Positions 25,399 through 33,674 of a stretch of 33,674 bases of DNA are shown here, piece by piece. Location of the stretch: positions 1 to 33,674 of the forward strand of contig JAFLSH010000001.1 in assembly GCA_022511055.1 (NCBI GenBank). The letters run 5' to 3'. This DNA is from Prevotella sp. (lineage in GTDB: Bacteria; Bacteroidota; Bacteroidia; Bacteroidales; Bacteroidaceae). The notes under the pieces were generated by a model. The model was not told the origin of the DNA. It was given only the letters and a program-made list of their open reading frames with translations, and did not search any database. Position 1 is the first letter of the stretch, and the number at the start of each line of letters is the position of its first letter. A program made the translations under genes and the position numbers.

Positions 25399-27201
25399 AT
25401 GAAGACAAACAATATATTCCGCACGTTCATCATGGGGGCAACGGCTTTGGCTGTTGTCGGCTGCTCTGAGGACTTCCTTGAGCGCCCGCCCCTTCATCAA
25501 TACACGGCTGAGACCTACTATGCCTCAGATGCCGCCGTGGAACAGCTGACCGACCCGCTCTACAATGCTGCGTGGGCCTATTACAACAACAACGCCATTC
25601 TCGGCATGGGCTCGCTGCGCGCCAACGATGCCTGGAATCCGTATAACAACGCAGAGTTTGCGCTCTTCCAGACTACGGGTCTGACCAGTGATGTGTCTGA
25701 TGCCTGGTCGTCTATGTATGAAGTGGTTACCATCTCAAACTCCATTCTGAACAACCTTGAGAAGTATTGCACCGCTGATGTCAGTGAGGCTGCCAAGAAC
25801 CAGGCTCTGGGCGAAGCCCACCTGATGCGTGGTATCGCCTTCTTCATGATGGTGCGTGTGTGGGGCGAAGTGATTATCTACGAGAACAATGATGAGGCTG
25901 CGCGCAACCCCATTCTGCCGCTGAACACAGAGGAGAGTGTGCTGGAGTTCGTGATTCGTGACTTCGAGAAAGCCGCGGAGCTGATGCCGCTGAAAGGTGC
26001 TAACCACCATCCTTCGCTCTATGCCGCCAAGGCATATCTGGCCAAGGCGCTGCTGGCGCAGAGCGGCTGGAACAAGGGAACGCGCGATCAGCAGACCCTG
26101 AATCGGGTGGTCGAGTTGTGCGATGAGGTTATCAACAGCGGGCAGTATCAGCTGCTCGACAGCTATGAGAATCTGTTCCGCCCGCAGTACAATGACAATG
26201 AAGAAACCATTCTGGCGCTGCGCTGGGCCGACCCGCTGGTTGGCTCGTGGGGCACGGTCAATGCCCTGGTGCCCACGCTGTCGTTCTCAGATGTTACAGA
26301 TGTGGGCGCATGGGGCGGCAACCTGCAGCCCTCGCCCGATATGATTGACTACTACAATCAGGAACCGGCCGACTCGTTCCGCCTGCGCGGCACGTTCTTC
26401 ACCCAGGGGCGCTACTACAGCTACATCCGCTCAGAAGACGGCGGCTATACCTACCGTAAGAAGTGGATGCAGAACAAGAAGGGTGTCGTGGGTACAACGG
26501 CCGACTGTGATGGTCACCTGAAGCAGCAGGCTTCGCCGCTGAACACTTACTTCATGCGCTTGGCCGATGTGTATCTGATTAAGGCTGAAGCGCTTCTTGG
26601 CAATCAGGAGTCTACAGCCGACCCAGAGGCACTGGCCGCCTTCAATGCCTTGCGCCTGCGCGCCAAGCTGCCTGCCCGCACAGCCCCCATCACTTTTGAG
26701 GATATCATCCGCGAGCGGCGCATAGAGTTCTGCATGGAGTACACCAACTGGTATGACTTCGTGACTTGGTATCGCTGGAAACCGCAGTACATGCTGAACT
26801 TCTTCAACAACGTGCAGCACCGCGCCTTCATGATTAACGAAAACGATATTATCCGCAAGGAAGATAATACCTTTGCCTACACGGGCTTCCCGACAGGCAC
26901 ATGGTATAATAGCGTATGGGATTATGATGTCGATGGTGATGGCACGAATGATGAAGTGCGCTACTGGAGTGATGGTCTGCGCGACCCGAATGGCAAGCTG
27001 TTGGTCATCGATGGCGTGCCACAGGATGTAGAGCATGGCTATAAATACAACATTGACTCGCTGATTCGGGCAAAGATACCTGAGGGTGCTGTGATTGTAA
27101 CGCTGAACGAAGGCAACATCTTCATGCCCTACCCGGAGAGTGATGTGCTGCAGAATCCCTATTTCAAGCAGCCTGCCGTAGCATACGAATTCAAGGATTA
27201 A
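25399..27201 (+). CDS. susD: SusD/RagB-family glycan-binding lipoprotein
   Basis: Lipobox VVGC-SEDFL, GEAHLMRG, MRLADVYLIKAEA, ERRIEFCME and MPYP; lies directly after susC. Confidence 0.94.
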   Translation: MKTNNIFRTFIMGATALAVVGCSEDFLERPPLHQYTAETYYASDAAVEQLTDPLYNAAWAYYNNNAILGMGSLRANDAWNPYNNAEFALFQTTGLTSDVSDAWSSMYEVVTISNSILNNLEKYCTADVSEAAKNQALGEAHLMRGIAFFMMVRVWGEVIIYENNDEAARNPILPLNTEESVLEFVIRDFEKAAELMPLKGANHHPSLYAAKAYLAKALLAQSGWNKGTRDQQTLNRVVELCDEVINSGQYQLLDSYENLFRPQYNDNEETILALRWADPLVGSWGTVNALVPTLSFSDVTDVGAWGGNLQPSPDMIDYYNQEPADSFRLRGTFFTQGRYYSYIRSEDGGYTYRKKWMQNKKGVVGTTADCDGHLKQQASPLNTYFMRLADVYLIKAEALLGNQESTADPEALAAFNALRLRAKLPARTAPITFEDIIRERRIEFCMEYTNWYDFVTWYRWKPQYMLNFFNNVQHRAFMINENDIIRKEDNTFAYTGFPTGTWYNSVWDYDVDGDGTNDEVRYWSDGLRDPNGKLLVIDGVPQDVEHGYKYNIDSLIRAKIPEGAVIVTLNEGNIFMPYPESDVLQNPYFKQPAVAYEFKD

Positions 27202-27226
27202 TCAAAAACACATAAAAGCGAATAAT

Positions 27227-28900
27227 ATGAAACAAGCATTTAGATATATGGCCCTTGTCGTCTGTCTGGTGGCTTCGCTGGGCTTCATGGCCTCGTGCAG
27301 TGATGACAACTCAGGCAGCGGCACTCCTGAGATTACGGGTGTGCGCATCACTAACCCGGCTTTTGCTGACAGCCTGTTCGCCGATTCGGCTCCCGACTCA
27401 CTGATAGTCATCGTTGGCCGCCACCTTGACAATGCCCTGCGTGTCTATATCAATGACCAGCAGGTGTGGTTTAACCCTGTGTTCAATACTGACCACAGCA
27501 TCATCGTGAAGATACCCAGTGAAGATAACGGCTTCATACTGACTGCCTTCGACAGCAGTTTGAAAGATGAAATCCGCGTGGAGACCAGCCACGGAACGGC
27601 CACCTACGCCTTCAAGGTGAAAGCTCCATATCCCAGCGTGAGCCGCCTGCAGGCCCGCTATCCGCGCAAGGCCGGCGATGTGCTGAACATCTATGGTGTC
27701 AACCTGGTTGACATCAAGAATGTCTACTTTACAGACATAGAGGCTGCCGAGCTTGATGGTACGGTGTGGACTGAGATTGGCGGCACTCATGTCGATGCCG
27801 CCAACCTGAAGACCATTGTGAAAGACCATCACAACGTGTCGGGCACTACCACCTATGAGACTATCTCTCAGCTGACAGTCGAGATACCTAACCTGCCCTT
27901 CGAGAAAGGGTCGCTGGTGGTCGAGTGTGTTGGCGGTACGGCTTACTTCCCCTTCTCCATGACACTGGCAGCTCCCACCATTTCCACCAGCCGCACCGAT
28001 GGTGGCATCAGCACAGACATGCCCGTCATTGGCGAAGTGGTAAGTGTCTACGGCACGGAGTTCGTTCAGGTAGAGGCTATTCGCTACGGCGATGTAACGC
28101 TGACCGAGGCTGACTACACGGTGGCAGAAACGGAAGACCAGATAGACTTCGTGTTCAACCAGAAGCCCAGCGCAGGCTCTGCTGCCACGCTGACCGTCGT
28201 AACGGGCGGCGGCGAGGTCTCTGTTCCGTTCTTTGAGCGCTCAATGTTGCTGACTACCTTTGAACGGGATGGGAGTGGCAACTTCATCGATGCCGTCAAC
28301 AACGGCTGGGGGCCTGATGCCAGCTATGAAACCACTGATGGCACTGCTGCGCCGTACACGGCCGATGGTACTTTTGCCCGTATCAATGTGCCGAATGAAG
28401 GGCAGCAGTGGTGGGGTACTATGGTCTTCTTCCGTGCGCCGTCAAACGCAACCACCTTCCCGCTGCCTGGCTTCGATTTGATTCCTGCCAATGCGCCGGC
28501 CGATGAGGTCTATCTGGCCATGGAGGTCTATGACAACCACTCTGCGTACAACAGGGGAGGCTATACGGGCTATCTGCGCTACACCGTTTGGCCGTCGGGG
28601 CTTGACACGGGTAACACTGACAATCAGTGGGATAACGGCTTCGAATGGGTCGACTACGATACGCAGGTCGGTAAATGGAGCTACCCCGTCTTGGCTGACA
28701 TTAACAACGAGACACACCCGGGGCAGTGGTATCGTCATGTCGTGCCGCTGAGCGTGTTTGCTTGCTATGCGGGCAAGACCTACGCAGACATCGTGGCTCT
28801 TGGTCTTGAGAACTTCCGTATCCAGAGCATCAACCAGGGCACTATTGCCGGCGATATTGATGTCTGCTTTGACAATGTGCGTCTATATTACAAGAAATAA
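27227..28900 (+). CDS. Surface glycan-binding lipoprotein (tandem IPT/TIG-like domains + C-terminal Trp-rich domain)
   Basis: Lipobox MASC; repeated Ig-like segments (PEITGV..IVGRHL, LNIYGVNL, VSVYGTEF); Trp-rich C-domain ending FDNVRL; susE-like position in the locus. Confidence 0.78.
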   Translation: MKQAFRYMALVVCLVASLGFMASCSDDNSGSGTPEITGVRITNPAFADSLFADSAPDSLIVIVGRHLDNALRVYINDQQVWFNPVFNTDHSIIVKIPSEDNGFILTAFDSSLKDEIRVETSHGTATYAFKVKAPYPSVSRLQARYPRKAGDVLNIYGVNLVDIKNVYFTDIEAAELDGTVWTEIGGTHVDAANLKTIVKDHHNVSGTTTYETISQLTVEIPNLPFEKGSLVVECVGGTAYFPFSMTLAAPTISTSRTDGGISTDMPVIGEVVSVYGTEFVQVEAIRYGDVTLTEADYTVAETEDQIDFVFNQKPSAGSAATLTVVTGGGEVSVPFFERSMLLTTFERDGSGNFIDAVNNGWGPDASYETTDGTAAPYTADGTFARINVPNEGQQWWGTMVFFRAPSNATTFPLPGFDLIPANAPADEVYLAMEVYDNHSAYNRGGYTGYLRYTVWPSGLDTGNTDNQWDNGFEWVDYDTQVGKWSYPVLADINNETHPGQWYRHVVPLSVFACYAGKTYADIVALGLENFRIQSINQGTIAGDIDVCFDNVRLYYKK

Positions 28901-28927
28901 CACCTTAACGATAACAAACTGACAATT

Positions 28928-30448
28928 ATGAAGATAAGAAATATTCTGAGTTTGGCACTGCTGCTGTCCTTGGGCTTTACCGCCCAGGGCTGCAGCGACA
29001 ACGATGAGCCGAGTGTCGTTACCCGTCTGACTGGGGCGGGCAGCTATCTGACAGTCATGCGCGATTATGTCGAGTTGTCGGAACTGAACTATAGCATCGG
29101 TAAGAACTCGACCATTATTGGCATCAATACTGATGGCGAGTGGACCGCAGAGTCGAGTGATACCTCGTGGTGCAAGTTGGCTGTCCATGCGGGTTATGGC
29201 TATGCTGACTCGCTGCGCAACTCCTACACCCGTATTGACGTAACGAAGAACGAAGGTGAGGCGCGCACGGCACAGATTGTGTTCAAGTCGGGCAGCATCT
29301 CCAAGACCGTTACCGTCAATCAGAAAGGCATGGGTGTCAGTGCCGGCGACCCGTTTGAGAGTGCTTTCACCTTTGTTGAGAATCTGGTCTTTGGCTACAA
29401 TTTGGGCAACACGCTCGACTCCAACCCTTACGACCCAACCCACCGCTGGTGGAATCCCGTGGGCAAGACCCCGGTGGAGTGGGAGATGGCATGGGGGCAG
29501 CCGGAGACTACACAGGAAATCATTGATGCTATTGCCGCTAAGGGCTTCAACGTGATTCGTGTGCCGGTTACCTGGTATCCGCACATGGATGAGAATGACA
29601 ACGTAGAGGAAGAGTGGATGAATCGCGTGCAGCAGGTGGTCGACATGGTGCTTCATGCTGGTTGCTATTGTGTGCTGAACGTGCAGCACGACAGCGGCTC
29701 AGGCATTGTGAGTGTCAACGGCTCGAATGTAACGCGCAAAGATGGTGGTGCATGGCTGGTTGCCGACCTCGGGAACTACGAAACCATCACGGCCAAGTTC
29801 CAGAAGCTGTGGCAGCAGATTGCCACCCGCTTCCGCGACTATGATGATAAGCTGCTCTTCGAGGCTTTCAACGAGATTCTCGATGCTAACTTTGAGTGGG
29901 GCGACCCGGCTGATGCCAGTGCCTACACGGCCATCAATATGCTGACACAGGACTTCGTGAACACCGTGCGCGCCACAGGCGGCAACAACGAATACCGCAA
30001 TCTGGTCATCAATCCCTATAGCGCCGGCAACTCTCCGGCCAAGCTGGCGGGTGTCGCCGTGCCTGATGACAAGCACCCGAATCACTTGTTAGGCTCTGTT
30101 CACAGCTATGACCCTTATAGCTTCTGCTGCGACAACGGGCAGTGGAACATCTACGTTTTTGACACGGCCTGCCAACAGGAAATCGATGATATTGTCAGTC
30201 GTGTCGCTGATACTTACAGCGATTTGGGCATTCCCGTCTTCTTTGGCGAGTTTGGCGCTATCGATGAGAACAAGGACATGGGCGAGCGCATCAAGTATGC
30301 TTCGTACATGGCAAGACAGCTGAAGGCGCACGAATTAAGCGGCCTCTGGTGGATGGGGCTTCTCGACCGAAAAACGCTGACATGGACTGAGTCGGAAATT
30401 GTCGATGCTCTATTTGGCTTTTCTGAAAGTCGTGTGCAAAAAAGATGA
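28928..30448 (+). CDS. BACON-domain GH5 endo-beta-glucanase lipoprotein (GH5_4-like)
   Basis: Lipobox AQGC; BACON (WTAES..SWC..NEGEARTAQI..VNQKG); GYNLGNTLD, IRVPVTW, FEAFNE, VHSYDP and FGEFG. Confidence 0.88.
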   Translation: MKIRNILSLALLLSLGFTAQGCSDNDEPSVVTRLTGAGSYLTVMRDYVELSELNYSIGKNSTIIGINTDGEWTAESSDTSWCKLAVHAGYGYADSLRNSYTRIDVTKNEGEARTAQIVFKSGSISKTVTVNQKGMGVSAGDPFESAFTFVENLVFGYNLGNTLDSNPYDPTHRWWNPVGKTPVEWEMAWGQPETTQEIIDAIAAKGFNVIRVPVTWYPHMDENDNVEEEWMNRVQQVVDMVLHAGCYCVLNVQHDSGSGIVSVNGSNVTRKDGGAWLVADLGNYETITAKFQKLWQQIATRFRDYDDKLLFEAFNEILDANFEWGDPADASAYTAINMLTQDFVNTVRATGGNNEYRNLVINPYSAGNSPAKLAGVAVPDDKHPNHLLGSVHSYDPYSFCCDNGQWNIYVFDTACQQEIDDIVSRVADTYSDLGIPVFFGEFGAIDENKDMGERIKYASYMARQLKAHELSGLWWMGLLDRKTLTWTESEIVDALFGFSESRVQKR

Positions 30449-30454
30449 AAAAAG

Positions 30455-30486
30455 TATGGCTGTCTCAGAAAAAGTTCGTAAATTTG
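30455..30486 (+). promoter_or_regulatory. Internal promoter for the T9SS protein gene
   Basis: TATG (30455-30458), a 20-nt spacer, then TAAATTTG (30479-30486). Confidence 0.6.
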
Positions 30487-30550
30487 CAGCAGTGTTTATA
30501 GAGAACAAACCGATAGCAAACATATCTTATTAACCAAAACATAACAGTTT

Positions 30551-32611
30551 ATGAAGAAAATTTTTACCTTATGTGCTATGATGCTGGCGGCACTGACTAC
30601 CAGTGCAAAGCATCAACTGGATTTGACCGACCTTCCCAATGGTTGGGGTTCCACTTATGATGCAGCTACTCAGACCATTACCTATGAGGCTGATGCTTGG
30701 GGTGGCCGCGGTTGGGGCTTCCTTGATTGGACTGAAGAGGCAGGTGTGCAGGGCTTTGTAGATTATTCCGCATACGACTATGCGGTGGTCTGCATAGAAG
30801 CAAGCGCATTGCGGTCTTGTCTGACTGTCGAGTATTCTGATGGCAAGACAATGAGTGCTGATGGGCCTTGGCTGGCTGCTACTGCCAATGGCACTTTCTC
30901 GGCTGAACCGGGAACAACGGTGCTTTATGTGAAGTTAGACCATGACCAGCCCTATCTGCACCAGATTTACATCCAGAATCAGACATGGCAGGCTGAGACT
31001 CCCAACAACCCGGCAGGCACTATCAAGGTTTTGGATGCTTTCCTGGGCACAGAAGAAGACCTTGAGGCTGCTAAGGCTGGTGTGGTAGTGCCTGATGTTA
31101 CGGTGAAGCACATCGGCAATCCCGCTGCCACGGGCTGGGGAGACGGTACGGTGTTCGATGCTGCTACCAGCACCATCACTATCGGTGGCGACTGGGATGG
31201 TATCGGCTGGTGGCTGGCTCAGTGGGATAATGAGGCTGCGGCAAACGTTGGCGCTGACTACTCTGCCTACGATAACTTCGTGATAGAGTTTGCAGAGCCT
31301 ACGGCTATCAATGGCAAGGTGACTGTGCAGTACGAAGACGGCGGAAGCTCAGAGGTTGAGTTCTATGCCAACAGTTCTGTGGCAGTGGTCGACCTGGCTT
31401 CTGAGAGCAAGTCAAAGGTGATGCAGGTCTTCATCCAAGGCCCTGCTGGTGCTAAGTTCGTGTTGGCTGATGCTTATTTCTGCACGGCCGACCTGGCTCC
31501 CGAGATGCCTACCACACCAATGGGTACGCCTGTTGTCGTATGGGAAGGCTCCAGCAACTTTGGAACGGACTGGGATTGGGCGGCTACGTTTAGTGTGGCG
31601 GCCGAAAGCCTTGCCGGCGTGACTGAAGGCTCTTACCTTGAGTTCACCTTCGAGGAAGATGCCGCTGCCGACTATTGGCAGATTTCTCTGAACGCAGAAA
31701 ATCAGGAAGGCAATCTGACCAGCAATGCCGCCGACCTGAACGAGTGGGGTGTGGCTACCATGGCTGCCGGTGCAACAAGCTACAAGATTAGACTGAATGC
31801 CGAAGATGCTGCGTTGCTGGCTGAACATGGACTCCACGTGAGCGGCTATGCCCTGACAATGACCAAGGTTACGCTGACCAATCCGCTTGTCTATGAAGTC
31901 TGGACTATTGCCGGTGGAACTAATCTGATGGGGTCTGACTGGGATACCACCGACACCAACAATGACATGACCACAACCGATGGCAAGATTTACACACTGG
32001 TGAAAGAAGGCGTAACGCTGGAGAAAGGTGTTGCCTATCAGTTCAAGGCTGCTAAGGACCATGCTTGGGATGTAGCTTATCCGTCAAGTAATGCCCAGCT
32101 GACGGTTGAGGAGACGGCAGTCTACACCGTTACCTTCACCTATAACGCTGAGACCAACGAGGTGTCTGCTTCGGCTGTAAAGACTGGTGAAGCTGGCGAG
32201 ATTGAGAAAGCATACTCTGTCATTGGTACTATTAATGGCGACTGGGATACTGACAGCTACATGACCAAGGGTGCCGATGGTCTCTATACCGTGACCATTA
32301 CTGACCTGTCGGCAGGCAGCTATGAGTTCAAGATTCGCGTCAACGGCGATTGGGGCGAGAACTACGGCGCTGGCGGCGTGCCTGATGGCAGCAATATCAG
32401 CGTGACTGTGACTGAGGATGGCTCGGCCGTCGTTGTGACCTTCGATGCTGAAACGAAGGCTATCAACTACACCGTTCTCTCTGGTGCTGATGGCATCAGC
32501 AGTGTGAAGGCTGAGGCTCAGCGCGGTGCTGTCTATAATTTGGGTGGTCAGAAAGTGAAGACCGCCAAAGGACTGGTCATCAGCAATGGCAAAAAGTATG
32601 TGGTAAAGTAA
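30551..32611 (+). CDS. Secreted multi-module putative carbohydrate-binding protein with T9SS C-terminal domain
   Basis: Signal peptide; two copies of GWG..DAAT.TIT..W.G.GW..DYSAYD; two SusE/F- or X25-like modules; C-terminus GISSVK..VYNLGGQKV..GLVISNGKKYVVK. Confidence 0.75.
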   Translation: MKKIFTLCAMMLAALTTSAKHQLDLTDLPNGWGSTYDAATQTITYEADAWGGRGWGFLDWTEEAGVQGFVDYSAYDYAVVCIEASALRSCLTVEYSDGKTMSADGPWLAATANGTFSAEPGTTVLYVKLDHDQPYLHQIYIQNQTWQAETPNNPAGTIKVLDAFLGTEEDLEAAKAGVVVPDVTVKHIGNPAATGWGDGTVFDAATSTITIGGDWDGIGWWLAQWDNEAAANVGADYSAYDNFVIEFAEPTAINGKVTVQYEDGGSSEVEFYANSSVAVVDLASESKSKVMQVFIQGPAGAKFVLADAYFCTADLAPEMPTTPMGTPVVVWEGSSNFGTDWDWAATFSVAAESLAGVTEGSYLEFTFEEDAAADYWQISLNAENQEGNLTSNAADLNEWGVATMAAGATSYKIRLNAEDAALLAEHGLHVSGYALTMTKVTLTNPLVYEVWTIAGGTNLMGSDWDTTDTNNDMTTTDGKIYTLVKEGVTLEKGVAYQFKAAKDHAWDVAYPSSNAQLTVEETAVYTVTFTYNAETNEVSASAVKTGEAGEIEKAYSVIGTINGDWDTDSYMTKGADGLYTVTITDLSAGSYEFKIRVNGDWGENYGAGGVPDGSNISVTVTEDGSAVVVTFDAETKAINYTVLSGADGISSVKAEAQRGAVYNLGGQKVKTAKGLVISNGKKYVVK

Positions 32612-32634
32612 TTTTCCCCATATCATAACTCAAC

Positions 32635-32675
32635 AAGGAAGGCTGCTCCCTTCATTGGGAGCAGCCTTCCTTTTC
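32635..32675 (+). terminator. Intrinsic terminator closing the PUL region
   Basis: Perfect 16-bp stem AAGGAAGGCTGCTCCC / GGGAGCAGCCTTCCTT with loop TTCATT and a short T tail. Confidence 0.85.
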
Positions 32676-32810
32676 ATAGGAAATACTAACCAGTCATTGT
32701 GTAATAAAGGCTTTCCCGGTTGTTTGTAATTTTTGCAGCAAATAACCAGATATTAATTATATGTGGGTGAGGCTGGTTTTTATGCCAAAACAGAGAAATA
32801 TGAGGAATAA

Positions 32811-32842
32811 TTTGGCATAATGGAATTTATTGCTTAACTTTG
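32811..32842 (+). promoter_or_regulatory. Promoter for the HEPN/MNT pair
   Basis: TTTG (32811-32814), a 20-nt spacer, then TAACTTTG (32835-32842). Confidence 0.72.
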
Positions 32843-32869
32843 CACACAGATATATACGAAAATGTTCAT

Positions 32870-33259
32870 ATGAAAGCAGATAAGGTGGCCTATTGGACAG
32901 ATATAGCCGACTACGATATGGAAACGGCTGAAGCCATGTATCAGACGGGGCGCTGGTTATATGTTGCTTTTATGTGCCACCAAGTGATAGAAAAAATCTT
33001 GAAGGCTTATTGGTGTAGTACACAGGCAGATGACCCGCCATACACACATAACCATAAGAGATTAGCTTCGGGGTGTGGATTGTATGATTTAATGACAGAT
33101 GAGCAGAAAAACTTTATAGAGATAGTAACGAACTATAACATAGAGGCTCGCTATCCTGAAGATAGAGACGCATTAGCCCAAGCACTTACCAAACAGGTTT
33201 GCCAAAAACTAATTGATGAAACTAAGCGAATGCAGAAATGGATAAAAGAACAACTTTAA
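32870..33259 (+). CDS. HEPN-domain protein
   Basis: W...A..D...A, FMCHQVIEKILKA, PPYTHN and YNIEARYP pattern of MNT-associated HEPN proteins. Start reassigned to 32870. Confidence 0.87.
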   Translation: MKADKVAYWTDIADYDMETAEAMYQTGRWLYVAFMCHQVIEKILKAYWCSTQADDPPYTHNHKRLASGCGLYDLMTDEQKNFIEIVTNYNIEARYPEDRDALAQALTKQVCQKLIDETKRMQKWIKEQL

Positions 33260-33555
33260 GCCGTGATGAAGCTCTGGAACTTGTTCGCCAATACAAACGA
33301 GTTATCAGGCGACGTTTCATTGTAGAGCCAAAGGTTATGATGTTTGGTTCCTATTCGAAAGGCAATGCCACTCCTGACAGTGACATTGATGTGGCTGTTA
33401 TTGTTCCTACTTATGGAAATCAGAAATTAGAAATCTCGAAAGAGTTATGGCATGATGTAGACCAGGTCAGCTTTCTTATTGAGCCCGTTCTTATGGCCGA
33501 AGACCGTTGGTCGCCCCTTTATGACGATGTAATGCGCACTGGTGTGGCGGTATAA
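33238..33555 (+). CDS. Minimal nucleotidyltransferase (MNT) domain protein
   Basis: FGSYSKGNATPDSDIDVAV matches GSX10DXD; overlaps the HEPN gene by 22 nt. Confidence 0.9.
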   Translation: MDKRTTLSRDEALELVRQYKRVIRRRFIVEPKVMMFGSYSKGNATPDSDIDVAVIVPTYGNQKLEISKELWHDVDQVSFLIEPVLMAEDRWSPLYDDVMRTGVAV

Positions 33556-33674
33556 TCGGGATAATTTTGCCTGTCTACTATACCTAACTATATCAACCTT
33601 CTCGCGAAGCCCTTCTCTAAAGTAAACGTTTGCGTATAGTTTTTTTGAGAAAATGAGGGTAAATTAGTCAAATT

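Noticed and set aside
33562-33569. TAATTTTG just after the MNT stop as a promoter
   Set aside because: There is no good -33 element and the downstream gene is outside the window, so it cannot be supported.

Overview
A chromosomal window from a Bacteroidota genome, most likely Prevotellaceae (TAnnTTTG -7 promoters, SusC/SusD pair, short type IX secretion C-terminal domain). Left part: the start of an MmcQ/YjbR-like gene, an AAA_14/DUF4143 ATPase and a BadF-type kinase. These are followed by an envelope cluster (large MscS-family channel, kdsA, kdsD, a hybrid two-component-like regulator, a cardiolipin-synthase-family PLD, an acyltransferase-3). Middle: a TPR protein, an orphan substrate-binding lipoprotein, radA, queC, a RidA-family gene and pgk. 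Right: a beta-mannan/beta-glucan polysaccharide utilisation locus (GH5, SusC, SusD, surface glycan-binding protein, BACON-GH5), a separately promoted multi-module T9SS protein, and an AT-rich HEPN/nucleotidyltransferase pair. Two things stand out. (1) The hybrid two-component-like protein appears to have lost its whole phosphorelay: His->Asp in the H-box, no HATPase domain, and Asp->Lys in the receiver. It nevertheless remains an intact ORF coupled to lipid/LPS genes. (2) The ~500 bp between pgk and the PUL holds two nested palindromic elements, one a ~285-nt G-U-rich rod enclosing a phased 21-bp repeat array and followed by a terminator-like hairpin. All calls come from reading motifs by eye; no database searches or folding calculations were run.
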